64,000 nt of DNA from the NCBI GenBank assembly GCA_964057225.1, contig OZ059898.1:19282001-19346000 (forward strand), in the 5' to 3' direction. The notes below the pieces were generated by a model. That model was not told the origin of the DNA, did not search any database, and worked only from the letters and a program-made list of their open reading frames with translations. The translations under genes and the position numbers were made by a program. Positions 26,101 to 40,200 of the stretch are shown here, one piece after another (position 1 is the first letter of the stretch; each line of letters starts with the position of its first letter). The DNA comes from Auanema rhodensis. Its lineage: Eukaryota > Animalia > Nematoda.

Positions 26101-29100
26101 CATTTTTCAAACGATCATAACTAATTTTTGTATTAAGCGTTTCTCAATGTAGTATAGTGCATTCGATGCGGATTTTTAAGCTGCGTCGATCTGTGTTATC
26201 AGATTTGCGCTAGCTTAAAAATGCACCGAGATATCAACTGATATAAGTTCACACTTATATCCTCGATTTTCACCCTGAAGAATTATTTTTTTCGTTGAAT
26301 AACATTGTCCATCGTCTTTGCCTTGAAAAAAGAAATCTAAAAACATCTACTTTTTGCTAAATTATTTTGAAATTTTTCGAAAAAATTTTTGTCAAAATGT
26401 TTTTGGAAGCAATGTTGAGTGTACATGGAAACTCAACATACACTAATGCATCATTTTTCAAACGATCATAACTAATTTTTGTATTAAGCGTTTCTCAATG
26501 TAGTATAGTGCATTCGATGCGGATTTTTAAGCTGCGTCGATCTGTGTTATCAGATTTGCGCTAGCTTAAAAATGCACCGAGATATCAACTGATATAAGTT
26601 CACACTTATATCCTCGATTTTCACCCTGAAGAATTATTTTTTTCGTTGAATAACATTGTCCATCGTCTTTGCCTTGAAAAAAGGAATCTAAAAACATCTT
26701 CTTTTTGCTAAATTATTTTGAAATTTTTCGAAAAAATTTTTGTCAAAAAGTTTTTGGAAGCAATGTTGAGTGAACATGGAAACTCAACATACACTAATGC
26801 ATCATTTTTCGAACAATCATAACTAATTTTTGTATTAAGCGTTTCTCAATGTAGTATAGTGCATTTGATGCGGATTTTTAAGCTGCGTCGATCTGTGTTA
26901 TCAGATTTGCGCTAGCTTAAAAGTGCACCGAGATATCAACTGATATAAGTTCACACTTATATCCTCGATTTTCACCCTGAAGAATTAATTTTTTCGTTGA
27001 ATAACATTGTCCATCGTCTTTGCCTTGAAAAAAGGAATCTAAAAACATCTACTTTTTGCTAAATTATTTTGAAATTTTTCGAAAAAATTTTTGTCAAAAT
27101 GTTTTTGGAAGCAATGTTGAGTGAACATGGAAACTCAACATACACTAATGCATCATTTTTCGAACAATCATAACTAATTTTTGTATTAAGCGTTTCTCAA
27201 TGTAGTATAGTGCATTTGATGCGGATTTTTAAGCTGCGTCGATCTGTGTTATCAGATTTGCGCTAGCTTAAAAATGCACCGAGATATCAACTGATATAAG
27301 TTCACACTTATATCCTCGATTTTCACCCTGAAGAATTATTTTTTTCGTTGAATAACATTGTCCATCGTCTTTGCCTTGAAAAAAGGAATCTAAAAACATC
27401 TTCTTTTTGCTAAATTATTTTGAAATTTTTCGAAAAAATTTTTGTCAAAAAGTTTTTGGAAGCAATGTTGAGTGAACATGGAAACTCAACATACACTAAT
27501 GCATCATTTTTCGAACAATCATAACTAATTTTTGTATTAAGCGTTTCTCAATGTAGTATAGTGCATTTGATGCGGATTTTTAAGCTGCGTCGATCTGTGT
27601 TATCAGATTTGCGCTAGCTTAAAAGTGCACCGAGATATCAACTGATATAAGTTCACACTTATATCCTCGATTTTCACCCTGAAGAATTAATTTTTTCGTT
27701 GAATAACATTGTCCATCGTCTTTGCCTTGAAAAAAGGAATCTAAAAACATCTACTTTTTGCTAAATTATTTTGAAATTTTTCGAAAAAATTTTTGTCAAA
27801 ATGTTTTTGGAAGCAATGTTGAGTGTACATGGAAACTCAACATACACTAATGCATCATTTTTCAAACGATCATAACTAATTTTTGTATTAAGCGTTTCTC
27901 GATGTAGTATAGTGCATTCGATGCGGATTTTTAAGCTGCGTCGATCTGTGTTATCAGATTTGCGCTAGCTTAAAAATGCACCGAGATATCAACTGATATA
28001 AGTTCACACTTATATCCTCGATTTTCACCCTGAAGAATTATTTTTTTCGTTGAATAACATTGTCCATCGTCTTTGCCTTGAAGAAAGGAATCTAAAAACA
28101 TCTACTTTTTGCTAAATTATTTTGAAATTTTTCGAAAAAATTTTTGTCAAAATGTTTTTGGAAGCAATGTTGAGTGAACATGGAAACTCAACATACACTA
28201 ATGCATCATTTTTCGAACATTCATAACTAATTTTTGTATTAAGCGTTTCTCAATGTAGTATAGTGCATTTGATGCGGATTTTTAAGCTGCGTCGATCTGT
28301 GTTATCAGATTTGCGCTAGCTTAAAAATGCACCGAGATATCAACTGATATAAGTTCACACTTATATCCTCGATTTTCACCCTGAAGAATTAATTTTTTCG
28401 TTGAATAACATTGTCCATCGTCTTTGCCTTAAAAAAAGGAATCTAAAAACATCTACTTTTTGCTAAATTATTTTGAAATTTTTCGAAAAAATTTTTGTCA
28501 AAATGTTTTTGGAAGCAATGTTGAGTGTACATGGAAACTCAACATACACTAATGCATCATTTTTCAAACGATCATAACTAATTTTTGTATTAAGCGTTTC
28601 TCAATGTAGTATAGTGCATTTGATGCGGATTTTTAAGCTGCGTCGATCTGTGTTATCAGATTTGCGCTAGCTTAAAAATGCACCGAGATATCAACTGATA
28701 TAAGTTCACACTTATATCCTCGATTTTCACCCTGAAGAATTAATTTTTTTGTTGAATAACATTGTCCATCGTCTTTGCCTTGAAAAAAGGAATCTAAAAA
28801 CATCTACTTTTTGCTAAATTATTTTGAAATTTTTCGAAAAAATTTTTGTCAAAATGTTTTTGGAAGCAATGTTGAGTGAACATGGAAACTCAACATACAC
28901 TAATGCATCATTTTTCAAACGATCATAACTAATTTTTGTATTAAGCTTTTCTCAATGTAGTATAGTGCATTTGATGCGGATTTTTAAGCTGCGTCGATCT
29001 GTGTTATCAGATTTGCGCTAGCTTGAAAATGCACCGAGATATCAACTGATATAAGTTCACACTTATATCCTCGATTTTCACCCTGAAGAATTATTTTTTT

Positions 29101-32100
29101 CGTTGAATAACATTGTCCATCGTCTTTGCCTTGAAAAAAGGAATCTAAAAACATCTACTTTTTGCTAAATTATTTTGAAATTTTTCGAAAAAATTTTTGT
29201 CAAAATGTTTTTGGAAGCAATGTTGAGTGAACATGGAAACTCAACATACACTAATGCATCATTTTTCGAACAATCATAACTAATTTTTGTATTAAGCGTT
29301 TCTCAATGTAGTATAGTGCATTTGATGCGGATTTTTAAGCTGCGTCGATCTGTGTTATCAGATTTGCGCTAGCTTAAAAATGCACCGAGATATCAACTGA
29401 TATAAGTTCACACTTATATCCTCGATTTTCACCCTGAAGAATTAATTTTTTCGTTGAATAACATTGTCCATCGTCTTTGCCTTGAAAAAAGGAATCTAAA
29501 AACATCTACTTTTTGCTAAATTATTCTGAAATTTTTCGAAAAAATTTTTGTCAAAATGTTTTTGGAAGCAATGTTGAGTGAACATGGAAACTCAACATAC
29601 ACTAATGCATCATTTTTCGAACAATCATAACTAATTTTTGTATTAAGCGTTTCTCAATGTAGTATAGTGCATTTGATGCGGATTTTTAAGCTGCGTCGAT
29701 CTGTGTTATCAGATTTGCGCTAGCTTAAAAATGCACCGAGATATCAACTGATATAAGTTCACACTTATATCCTCGATTTTCACCCTGAAGAATTAATTTT
29801 TTCGTTGAATAACATTGTCCATCGTCTTTGCCTTGAAAAAAGGAATCTAAAAACATCTACTTTTTGCTAAATTATTTTGAAATTTTTCGAAAAAATTTTT
29901 GTCAAAATGTTTTTGGAAGCAATGTTGAGTGTACATGGAAACTCAACATACACTAATGCATCATTTTTCAAACGATCATAACTAATTTTTGTATTAAGCG
30001 TTTCTCAATGTAGTATAGTGCATTCGATGCGGATTTTTAAGCTGCGTCGATCTGTGTTATCAGATTTGCGCTAGCTTAAAAATGCACCGAGATATCAACT
30101 GATATAAGTTCACACTTATATCCTCGATTTTCACCTTGAAGAATTAATTTTTTCGTTGAATAACATTGTCCATCGTCTTTGCCTTGAAAAAAGGAATCTA
30201 AAAACATCTACTTTTTGCTAAATTATTTTGAAATTTTTCGAAAAAATTTTTGTCAAAATGTTTTTGGAAGCAATGTTGAGTGAACATGGAAACTCAACAT
30301 ACACTAATGCATCATTTTTCAAACGATCATAACTAATTTTTGTATTAAGCGTTTCTCAATGTAGTATAGTGCATTCGATGCGGATTTTTAAGCTGCGTCG
30401 ATCTGTGTTATCAGATTTGCGCTAGCTTGAAAATGCACCGAGATATCAACTGATATAAGTTCACACTTATATCCTCGATTTTCACCCTGAAGAATTATTT
30501 TTTTCGTTGAATAACATTGTCCATCGTCTTTGCCTTGAAAAAAGGAATCTAAAAACATCTACTTTTTGCTAAATTATTTTGAAATTTTTCGAAAAAATTT
30601 TTGTCAAAATGTTTTTGGAAGCAATGTTGAGTGAACATGGAAACTCAACATACACTAATGCATCATTTTTCGAACAATCATAACTAATTTTTGTATTAAG
30701 CGTTTCTCAATGTAGTATAGTGCATTTGATGCGGATTTTTAAGCTGCGTCGATCTGTGTTATCAGATTTGCGCTAGCTTAAAAATGCACCGAGATATCAA
30801 CTGATATAAGTTCACACTTATATCCTCGATTTTCACCCTGAAGAATTAATTTTTTCGTTGAATAACATTGTCCATCGTCTTTGCCTTGAAAAAAGGAATC
30901 TAAAAACATCTACTTTTTGCTAAATTATTTTGAAATTTTTCGAAAAAATTTTTGTCAAAATGTTTTTGGAAGCAATGTTGAGTGTACATGGAAACTCAAC
31001 ATACACTAATGCATCATTTTTCAAACGATCATAACTAATTTTTGTATCAAGCGTTTCTCAATGTAGTATAGTGCATTTGATGCGGATTTTTAAGCTGCGT
31101 CGATCTGTGTTATCAGATTTGCGCTAGCTTAAAAATGCACCGAGATATCAACTGATATAAGTTCACACTTATATCCTCGATTTTCACCCTGAAGAATTAA
31201 TTTTTTCGTTGAATAACATTGTCCATCGTCTTTGCCTTGAAAAAAGGAATCTAAAAACATCTACTTTTTGCTAAATTATTTTGAAATTTTTCGAAAAAAT
31301 TTTTGTCAAAATGTTTTTGGAAGCAATGTTGAGTGTACATGGAAACTCAACATACACTAATGCATCATTTTTCAAACGATCATAACTAATTTTTGTATCA
31401 AGCGTTTCTCAATGTAGTATAGTGCATTTGATGCGGATTTTTAAGCTGCGTCGATCTGTGTTATCAGATTTGCGCTAGCTTAAAAGTGCACCGAGATATC
31501 AACTGATATAAGTTCACACTTATATCCTCGATTTTCACCCTGAAGAATTAATTTTTTCGTTGAATAACATTGTCCATCGTCTTTGCCTTGAAAAAAGGAA
31601 TCTAAAAACATCTACTTTTTGCTAAATTATTTTGAAATTTTTCGAAAAAATTTTTGTCAAAATGTTTTTGGAAGCAATGTTGAGTGTACATGGAAACTCA
31701 ACATACACTAATGCATCATTTTTCAAACGATCATAACTAATTTTTGTATTAAGCGTTTCTCAATGTAGTATAGTGCATTTGATGCGGATTTTTAAGCTGC
31801 GTCGATCTGTGTTATCAGATTTGCGCTAGCTTAAAAATGCACCGAGATATCAACTGATATAAGTTCACACTTATATCCTCGATTTTCACCCTGAAGAATT
31901 ATTTTTTTCGTTGAATAACATTGTCCATCGTCTTTGCCTTGAAAAAAGGAATCTAAAAACATCTACTTTTTGCTAAATTATTTTGAAATTTTTCGAAAAA
32001 ATTTTTGTCAAAATGTTTTTGGAAGCAATGTTGAGTGAACATGGAAACTCAACATACACTAATGCATCATTTTTCGAACAATCATAACTAATTTTTGTAT

Positions 32101-32292
32101 TAAGCGTTTCTCAATGTAGTATAGTGCATTTGATGCGGATTTTTAAGCTGCGTCGATCTGTGTTATCAGATTTGCGCTAGCTTAAAAATGCACCGAGATA
32201 TCAACTGATATAAGTTCACACTTATATCCTCGATTTTCACCCTGAAGAATTAATTTTTTTGTTGAATAACATTGTCCATCGTCTTTGCCTTG

Positions 32293-35200
32293 AAAAAAGG
32301 AATCTAAAAACATCTACTTTTTGCTAAATTATTTTGAAATTTTTCGAAAAAATTTTTGTCAAAATGTTTTTGGAAGCAATGTTGAGTGAACATGGAAACT
32401 CAACATACACTAATGCATCATTTTTCAAACGATCATAACTAATTTTTGTATTAAGCTTTTCTCAATGTAGTATAGTGCATTTGATGCGGATTTTTAAGCT
32501 GCGTCGATCTGTGTTATCAGATTTGCGCTAGCTTGAAAATGCACCGAGATATCAACTGATATAAGTTCACACTTATATCCTCGATTTTCACCCTGAAGAA
32601 TTATTTTTTTCGTTGAATAACATTGTCCATCGTCTTTGCCTTGAAAAAAGGAATCTAAAAACATCTACTTTTTGCTAAATTATTTTGAAATTTTTCGAAA
32701 AAATTTTTGTCAAAATGTTTTTGGAAGCAATGTTGAGTGAACATGGAAACTCAACATACACTAATGCATCATTTTTCGAACAATCATAACTAATTTTTGT
32801 ATTAAGCGTTTCTCAATGTAGTATAGTGCATTTGATGCGGATTTTTAAGCTGCGTCGATCTGTGTTATCAGATTTGCGCTAGCTTAAAAATGCACCGAGA
32901 TATCAACTGATATAAGTTCACACTTATATCCTCGATTTTCACCCTGAAGAATTAATTTTTTCGTTGAATAACATTGTCCATCGTCTTTGCCTTGAAAAAA
33001 GGAATCTAAAAACATCTACTTTTTGCTAAATTATTTTGAAATTTTTCGAAAAAATTTTTGTCAAAATGTTTTTGGAAGCAATGTTGAGTGTACATGGAAA
33101 CTCAACATACACTAATGCATCATTTTTCAAACGATCATAACTAATTTTTGTATCAAGCGTTTCTCAATGTAGTATAGTGCATTTGATGCGGATTTTTAAG
33201 CTGCGTCGATCTGTGTTATCAGATTTGCGCTAGCTTAAAAGTGCACCGAGATATCAACTGATATAAGTTCACACTTATATCCTCGATTTTCACCCTGAAG
33301 AATTAATTTTTTCGTTGAATAACATTGTCCATCGTCTTTGCCTTGAAAAAATGAATCTAAAAACATCTACTTTTTGCTAAATTATTTTGAAATTTTTCGA
33401 AAAAATTTTTGTCAAAATGTTTTTGGAAGCAATGTTGAGTGTACATGGAAACTCAACATACACTAATGCATCATTTTTCAAACGATCATAACTAATTTTT
33501 GTATTAAGCGTTTCTCAATGTAGTATAGTGCATTCGATGCGGATTTTTAAGCTGCGTCGATCTGTGTTATCAGATTTGCGCTAGCTTAAAAATGCACCGA
33601 GATATCAACTGATATAAGTTCACACTTATATCCTCGATTTTCACCTTGAAGAATTAATTTTTTCGTTGAATAACATTGTCCATCGTCTTTGCCTTGAAAA
33701 AAGGAATCTAAAAACATCTACTTTTTGCTAAATTATTTTGAAATTTTTCGAAAAAATTTTTGTCAAAATGTTTTTGGAAGCAATGTTGAGTGAACATGGA
33801 AACTCAACATACACTAATGCATCATTTTTCAAACGATCATAACTAATTTTTGTATTAAGCGTTTCTCAATGTAGTATAGTGCATTCGATGCGGATTTTTA
33901 AGCTGCGTCGATCTGTGTTATCAGATTTGCGCTAGCTTGAAAATGCACCGAGATATCAACTGATATAAGTTCACACTTATATCCTCGATTTTCACCCTGA
34001 AGAATTATTTTTTTCGTTGAATAACATTGTCCATCGTCTTTGCCTTGAAAAAAGGAATCTAAAAACATCTACTTTTTGCTAAATTATTTTGAAATTTTTC
34101 GAAAAAATTTTTGTCAAAATGTTTTTGGAAGCAATGTTGAGTGAACATGGAAACTCAACATACACTAATGCATCATTTTTCGAACAATCATAACTAATTT
34201 TTGTATTAAGCGTTTCTCAATGTAGTATAGTGCATTTGATGCGGATTTTTAAGCTGCGTCGATCTGTGTTATCAGATTTGCGCTAGCTTAAAAATGCACC
34301 GAGATATCAACTGATATAAGTTCACACTTATATCCTCGATTTTCACCCTGAAGAATTAATTTTTTCGTTGAATAACATTGTCCATCGTCTTTGCCTTGAA
34401 AAAAGGAATCTAAAAACATCTACTTTTTGCTAAATTATTTTGAAATTTTTCGAAAAAATTTTTGTCAAAATGTTTTTGGAAGCAATGTTGAGTGTACATG
34501 GAAACTCAACATACACTAATGCATCATTTTTCAAACGATCATAACTAATTTTTGTATCAAGCGTTTCTCAATGTAGTATAGTGCATTTGATGCGGATTTT
34601 TAAGCTGCGTCGATCTGTGTTATCAGATTTGCGCTAGCTTAAAAGTGCACCGAGATATCAACTGATATAAGTTCACACTTATATCCTCGATTTTCACCCT
34701 GAAGAATTAATTTTTTCGTTGAATAACATTGTCCATCGTCTTTGCCTTGAAAAAAGGAATCTAAAAACATCTACTTTTTGCTAAATTATTTTGAAATTTT
34801 TCGAAAAAATTTTTGTCAAAATGTTTTTGGAAGCAATGTTGAGTGAACATGGAAACTCAACATACACTAATGCATCATTTTTCAAACGATCATAACTAAT
34901 TTTTGTATTAAGCTTTTCTCAATGTAGTATAGTGCATTTGATGCGGATTTTTAAGCTGCGTCGATCTGTGTTATCAGATTTGCGCTAGCTTGAAAATGCA
35001 CCGAGATATCAACTGATATAAGTTCACACTTATATCCTCGATTTTCACCCTGAAGAATTATTTTTTTCGTTGAATAACATTGTCCATCGTCTTTGCCTTG
35101 AAAAAAGGAATCTAAAAACATCTACTTTTTGCTAAATTATTTTGAAATTTTTCGAAAAAATTTTTGTCAAAATGTTTTTGGAAGCAATGTTGAGTGAACA

Positions 35201-37206
35201 TGGAAACTCAACATACACTAATGCATCATTTTTCGAACAATCATAACTAATTTTTGTATTAAGCGTTTCTCAATGTAGTATAGTGCATTTGATGCGGATT
35301 TTTAAGCTGCGTCGATCTGTGTTATCAGATTTGCGCTAGCTTAAAAATGCACCGAGATATCAACTGATATAAGTTCACACTTATATCCTCGATTTTCACC
35401 CTGAAGAATTAATTTTTTCGTTGAATAACATTGTCCATCGTCTTTGCCTTGAAAAAAGGAATCTAAAAACATCTACTTTTTGCTAAATTATTTTGAAATT
35501 TTTCGAAAAAATTTTTGTCAAAATGTTTTTGGAAGCAATGTTGAGTGTACATGGAAACTCAACATACACTAATGCATCATTTTTCAAACGATCATAACTA
35601 ATTTTTGTATCAAGCGTTTCTCAATGTAGTATAGTGCATTTGATGCGGATTTTTAAGCTGCGTCGATCTGTGTTATCAGATTTGCGCTAGCTTAAAAGTG
35701 CACCGAGATATCAACTGATATAAGTTCACACTTATATCCTCGATTTTCACCCTGAAGAATTAATTTTTTCGTTGAATAACATTGTCCATCGTCTTTGCCT
35801 TGAAAAAATGAATCTAAAAACATCTACTTTTTGCTAAATTATTTTGAAATTTTTCGAAAAAATTTTTGTCAAAATGTTTTTGGAAGCAATGTTGAGTGTA
35901 CATGGAAACTCAACATACACTAATGCATCATTTTTCAAACGATCATAACTAATTTTTGTATTAAGCGTTTCTCAATGTAGTATAGTGCATTCGATGCGGA
36001 TTTTTAAGCTGCGTCGATCTGTGTTATCAGATTTGCGCTAGCTTAAAAATGCACCGAGATATCAACTGATATAAGTTCACACTTATATCCTCGATTTTCA
36101 CCTTGAAGAATTAATTTTTTCGTTGAATAACATTGTCCATCGTCTTTGCCTTGAAAAAAGGAATCTAAAAACATCTACTTTTTGCTAAATTATTTTGAAA
36201 TTTTTCGAAAAAATTTTTGTCAAAATGTTTTTGGAAGCAATGTTGAGTGAACATGGAAACTCAACATACACTAATGCATCATTTTTCAAACGATCATAAC
36301 TAATTTTTGTATTAAGCGTTTCTCAATGTAGTATAGTGCATTCGATGCGGATTTTTAAGCTGCGTCGATCTGTGTTATCAGATTTGCGCTAGCTTGAAAA
36401 TGCACCGAGATATCAACTGATATAAGTTCACACTTATATCCTCGATTTTCACCCTGAAGAATTATTTTTTTCGTTGAATAACATTGTCCATCGTCTTTGC
36501 CTTGAAAAAAGGAATCTAAAAACATCTACTTTTTGCTAAATTATTTTGAAATTTTTCGAAAAAATTTTTGTCAAAATGTTTTTGGAAGCAATGTTGAGTG
36601 AACATGGAAACTCAACATACACTAATGCATCATTTTTCGAACAATCATAACTAATTTTTGTATTAAGCGTTTCTCAATGTAGTATAGTGCATTTGATGCG
36701 GATTTTTAAGCTGCGTCGATCTGTGTTATCAGATTTGCGCTAGCTTAAAAATGCACCGAGATATCAACTGATATAAGTTCACACTTATATCCTCGATTTT
36801 CACCCTGAAGAATTAATTTTTTCGTTGAATAACATTGTCCATCGTCTTTGCCTTGAAAAAAGGAATCTAAAAACATCTACTTTTTGCTAAATTATTTTGA
36901 AATTTTTCGAAAAAATTTTTGTCAAAATGTTTTTGGAAGCAATGTTGAGTGTACATGGAAACTCAACATACACTAATGCATCATTTTTCAAACGATCATA
37001 ACTAATTTTTGTATCAAGCGTTTCTCAATGTAGTATAGTGCATTTGATGCGGATTTTTAAGCTGCGTCGATCTGTGTTATCAGATTTGCGCTAGCTTAAA
37101 AGTGCACCGAGATATCAACTGATATAAGTTCACACTTATATCCTCGATTTTCACCCTGAAGAATTAATTTTTTCGTTGAATAACATTGTCCATCGTCTTT
37201 GCCTTG
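32293..37206 (+). repeat. 7-monomer higher-order repeat (2457 bp) x2: M93-99 = M100-106
   Basis: 7T (33352/35809), 301T, 165T, 243G and 160C+247G all repeat at a 2457-bp offset. No differences were noticed between the two copies. Confidence 0.9.
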
Positions 37207-40200
37207 AAAAAAGGAATCTAAAAACATCTACTTTTTGCTAAATTATTTTGAAATTTTTCGAAAAAATTTTTGTCAAAATGTTTTTGGAAGCAATGTTGAG
37301 TGTACATGGAAACTCAACATACACTAATGCATCATTTTTCAAACGATCATAACTAATTTTTGTATTAAGCGTTTCTCAATGTAGTATAGTGCATTTGATG
37401 CGGATTTTTAAGCTGCGTCGATCTGTGTTATCAGATTTGCGCTAGCTTAAAAATGCACCGAGATATCAACTGATATAAGTTCACACTTATATCCTCGATT
37501 TTCACCCTGAAGAATTATTTTTTTCGTTGAATAACATTGTCCATCGTCTTTGCCTTGAAAAAAGGAATCTAAAAACATCTACTTTTTGCTAAATTATTTT
37601 GAAATTTTTCGAAAAAATTTTTGTCAAAATGTTTTTGGAAGCAATGTTGAGTGAACATGGAAACTCAACATACACTAATGCATCATTTTTCGAACAATCA
37701 TAACTAATTTTTGTATTAAGCGTTTCTCAATGTAGTATAGTGCATTTGATGCGGATTTTTAAGCTGCGTCGATCTGTGTTATCAGATTTGCGCTAGCTTA
37801 AAAATGCACCGAGATATCAACTGATATAAGTTCACACTTATATCCTCGATTTTCACCCTGAAGAATTAATTTTTTCGTTGAATAACATTGTCCATCGTCT
37901 TTGCCTTGAAAAAAGGAATCTAAAAACATCTACTTTTTGCTAAATTATTTTGAAATTTTTCGAAAAAATTTTTGTCAAAATGTTTTTGGAAGCAATGTTG
38001 AGTGAACATGGAAACTCAACATACACTAATGCATCATTTTTCGAACAATCATAACTAATTTTTGTATTAAGCGTTTCTCAATGTAGTATAGTGCATTTGA
38101 TGCGGATTTTTAAGCTGCGTCGATCTGTGTTATCAGATTTGCGCTAGCTTAAAAATGCACCGAGATATCAACTGATATAAGTTCACACTTATATCCTCGA
38201 TTTTCACCCTGAAGAATTAATTTTTTTGTTGAATAACATTGTTCATCGTCTTTGCCTTGAAAAAAGGAATCTAAAAACATCTACTTTTTGCTAAATTATT
38301 TTGAAATTTTTCGAAAACATTTTTGTCAAAATGTTTTTGGAAGCAATGTTGAGTGAACATGGAAACTCAACATACACTAATGCATCATTTTTCGAACAAT
38401 CATAACTAATTTTTGTATTAAGCGTTTCTCAATGTAGTATAGTGCATTTGATGCGGATTTTTAAGCTGCGTCGATCTGTGTTATCAGATTTGCGCTAGCT
38501 TAAAAATGCACCGAGATATCAACTGATATAAGTTCACACTTATATCCTCGATTTTCACCCTGAAGAATTAATTTTTTCGTTGAATAACATTGTCCATCGT
38601 CTTTGCCTTGAAAAAAGGAATCTAAAAACATCTACTTTTTGCTAAATTATTTTGAAATTTTTCGAAAAAATTTTTGTCAAAATGTTTTTGGAAGCAATGT
38701 TGAGTGTACATGGAAACTCAACATACACTAATGCATCATTTTTCAAACGATCATAACTAATTTTTGTATCAAGCGTTTCTCAATGTAGTATAGTGCATTT
38801 GATGCGGATTTTTAAGCTGCGTCGATCTGTGTTATCAGATTTGCGCTAGCTTAAAAGTGCACCGAGATATCAACTGATATAAGTTCACACTTATATCCTC
38901 GATTTTCACCCTGAAGAATTAATTTTTTCGTTGAATAACATTGTCCATCGTCTTTGCCTTGAAAAAAGGAATCTAAAAACATCTACTTTTTGCTAAATTA
39001 TTTTGAAATTTTTCGAAAAAATTTTTGTCAAAATGTTTTTGGAAGCAATGTTGAGTGTACATGGAAACTCAACATACACTAATGCATCATTTTTCAAACG
39101 ATCATAACTAATTTTTGTATTAAGCGTTTCTCAATGTAGTATAGTGCATTTGATGCGGATTTTTAAGCTGCGTCGATCTGTGTTATCAGATTTGCGCTAG
39201 CTTAAAAATGCACCGAGATATCAACTGATATAAGTTCACACTTATATCCTCGATTTTCACCCTGAAGAATTATTTTTTTCGTTGAATAACATTGTCCATC
39301 GTCTTTGCCTTGAAAAAAGGAATCTAAAAACATCTACTTTTTGCTAAATTATTTTGAAATTTTTCGAAAAAATTTTTGTCAAAATGTTTTTGGAAGCAAT
39401 GTTGAGTGAACATGGAAACTCAACATACACTAATGCATCATTTTTCGAACAATCATAACTAATTTTTGTATTAAGCGTTTCTCAATGTAGTATAGTGCAT
39501 TTGATGCGGATTTTTAAGCTGCGTCGATCTGTGTTATCAGATTTGCGCTAGCTTAAAAATGCACCGAGATATCAACTGATATAAGTTCACACTTATATCC
39601 TCGATTTTCACCCTGAAGAATTAATTTTTTCGTTGAATAACATTGTCCATCGTCTTTGCCTTGAAAAAAGGAATCTAAAAACATCTACTTTTTGCTAAAT
39701 TATTTTGAAATTTTTCGAAAAAATTTTTGTCAAAATGTTTTTGGAAGCAATGTTGAGTGAACATGGAAACTCAACATACACTAATGCATCATTTTTCGAA
39801 CAATCATAACTAATTTTTGTATTAAGCTTTTCTCAATGTAGTATAGTGCATTTGATGCGGATTTTTAAGCTGCGTCGATCTGTGTTATCAGATTTGCGCT
39901 AGCTTAAAAATGCACCGAGATATCAACTGATATAAGTTCACACTTATATCCTCGATTTTCACCCTGAAGAATTAATTTTTTTGTTGAATAACATTGTCCA
40001 TCGTCTTTGCCTTGAAAAAAGGAATCTAAAAACATCTACTTTTTGCTAAATTATTTTGAAATTTTTCGAAAAAATTTTTGTCAAAATGTTTTTGGAAGCA
40101 ATGTTGAGTGAACATGGAAACTCAACATACACTAATGCATCATTTTTCAAACGATCATAACTAATTTTTGTATTAAGCTTTTCTCAATGTAGTATAGTGC

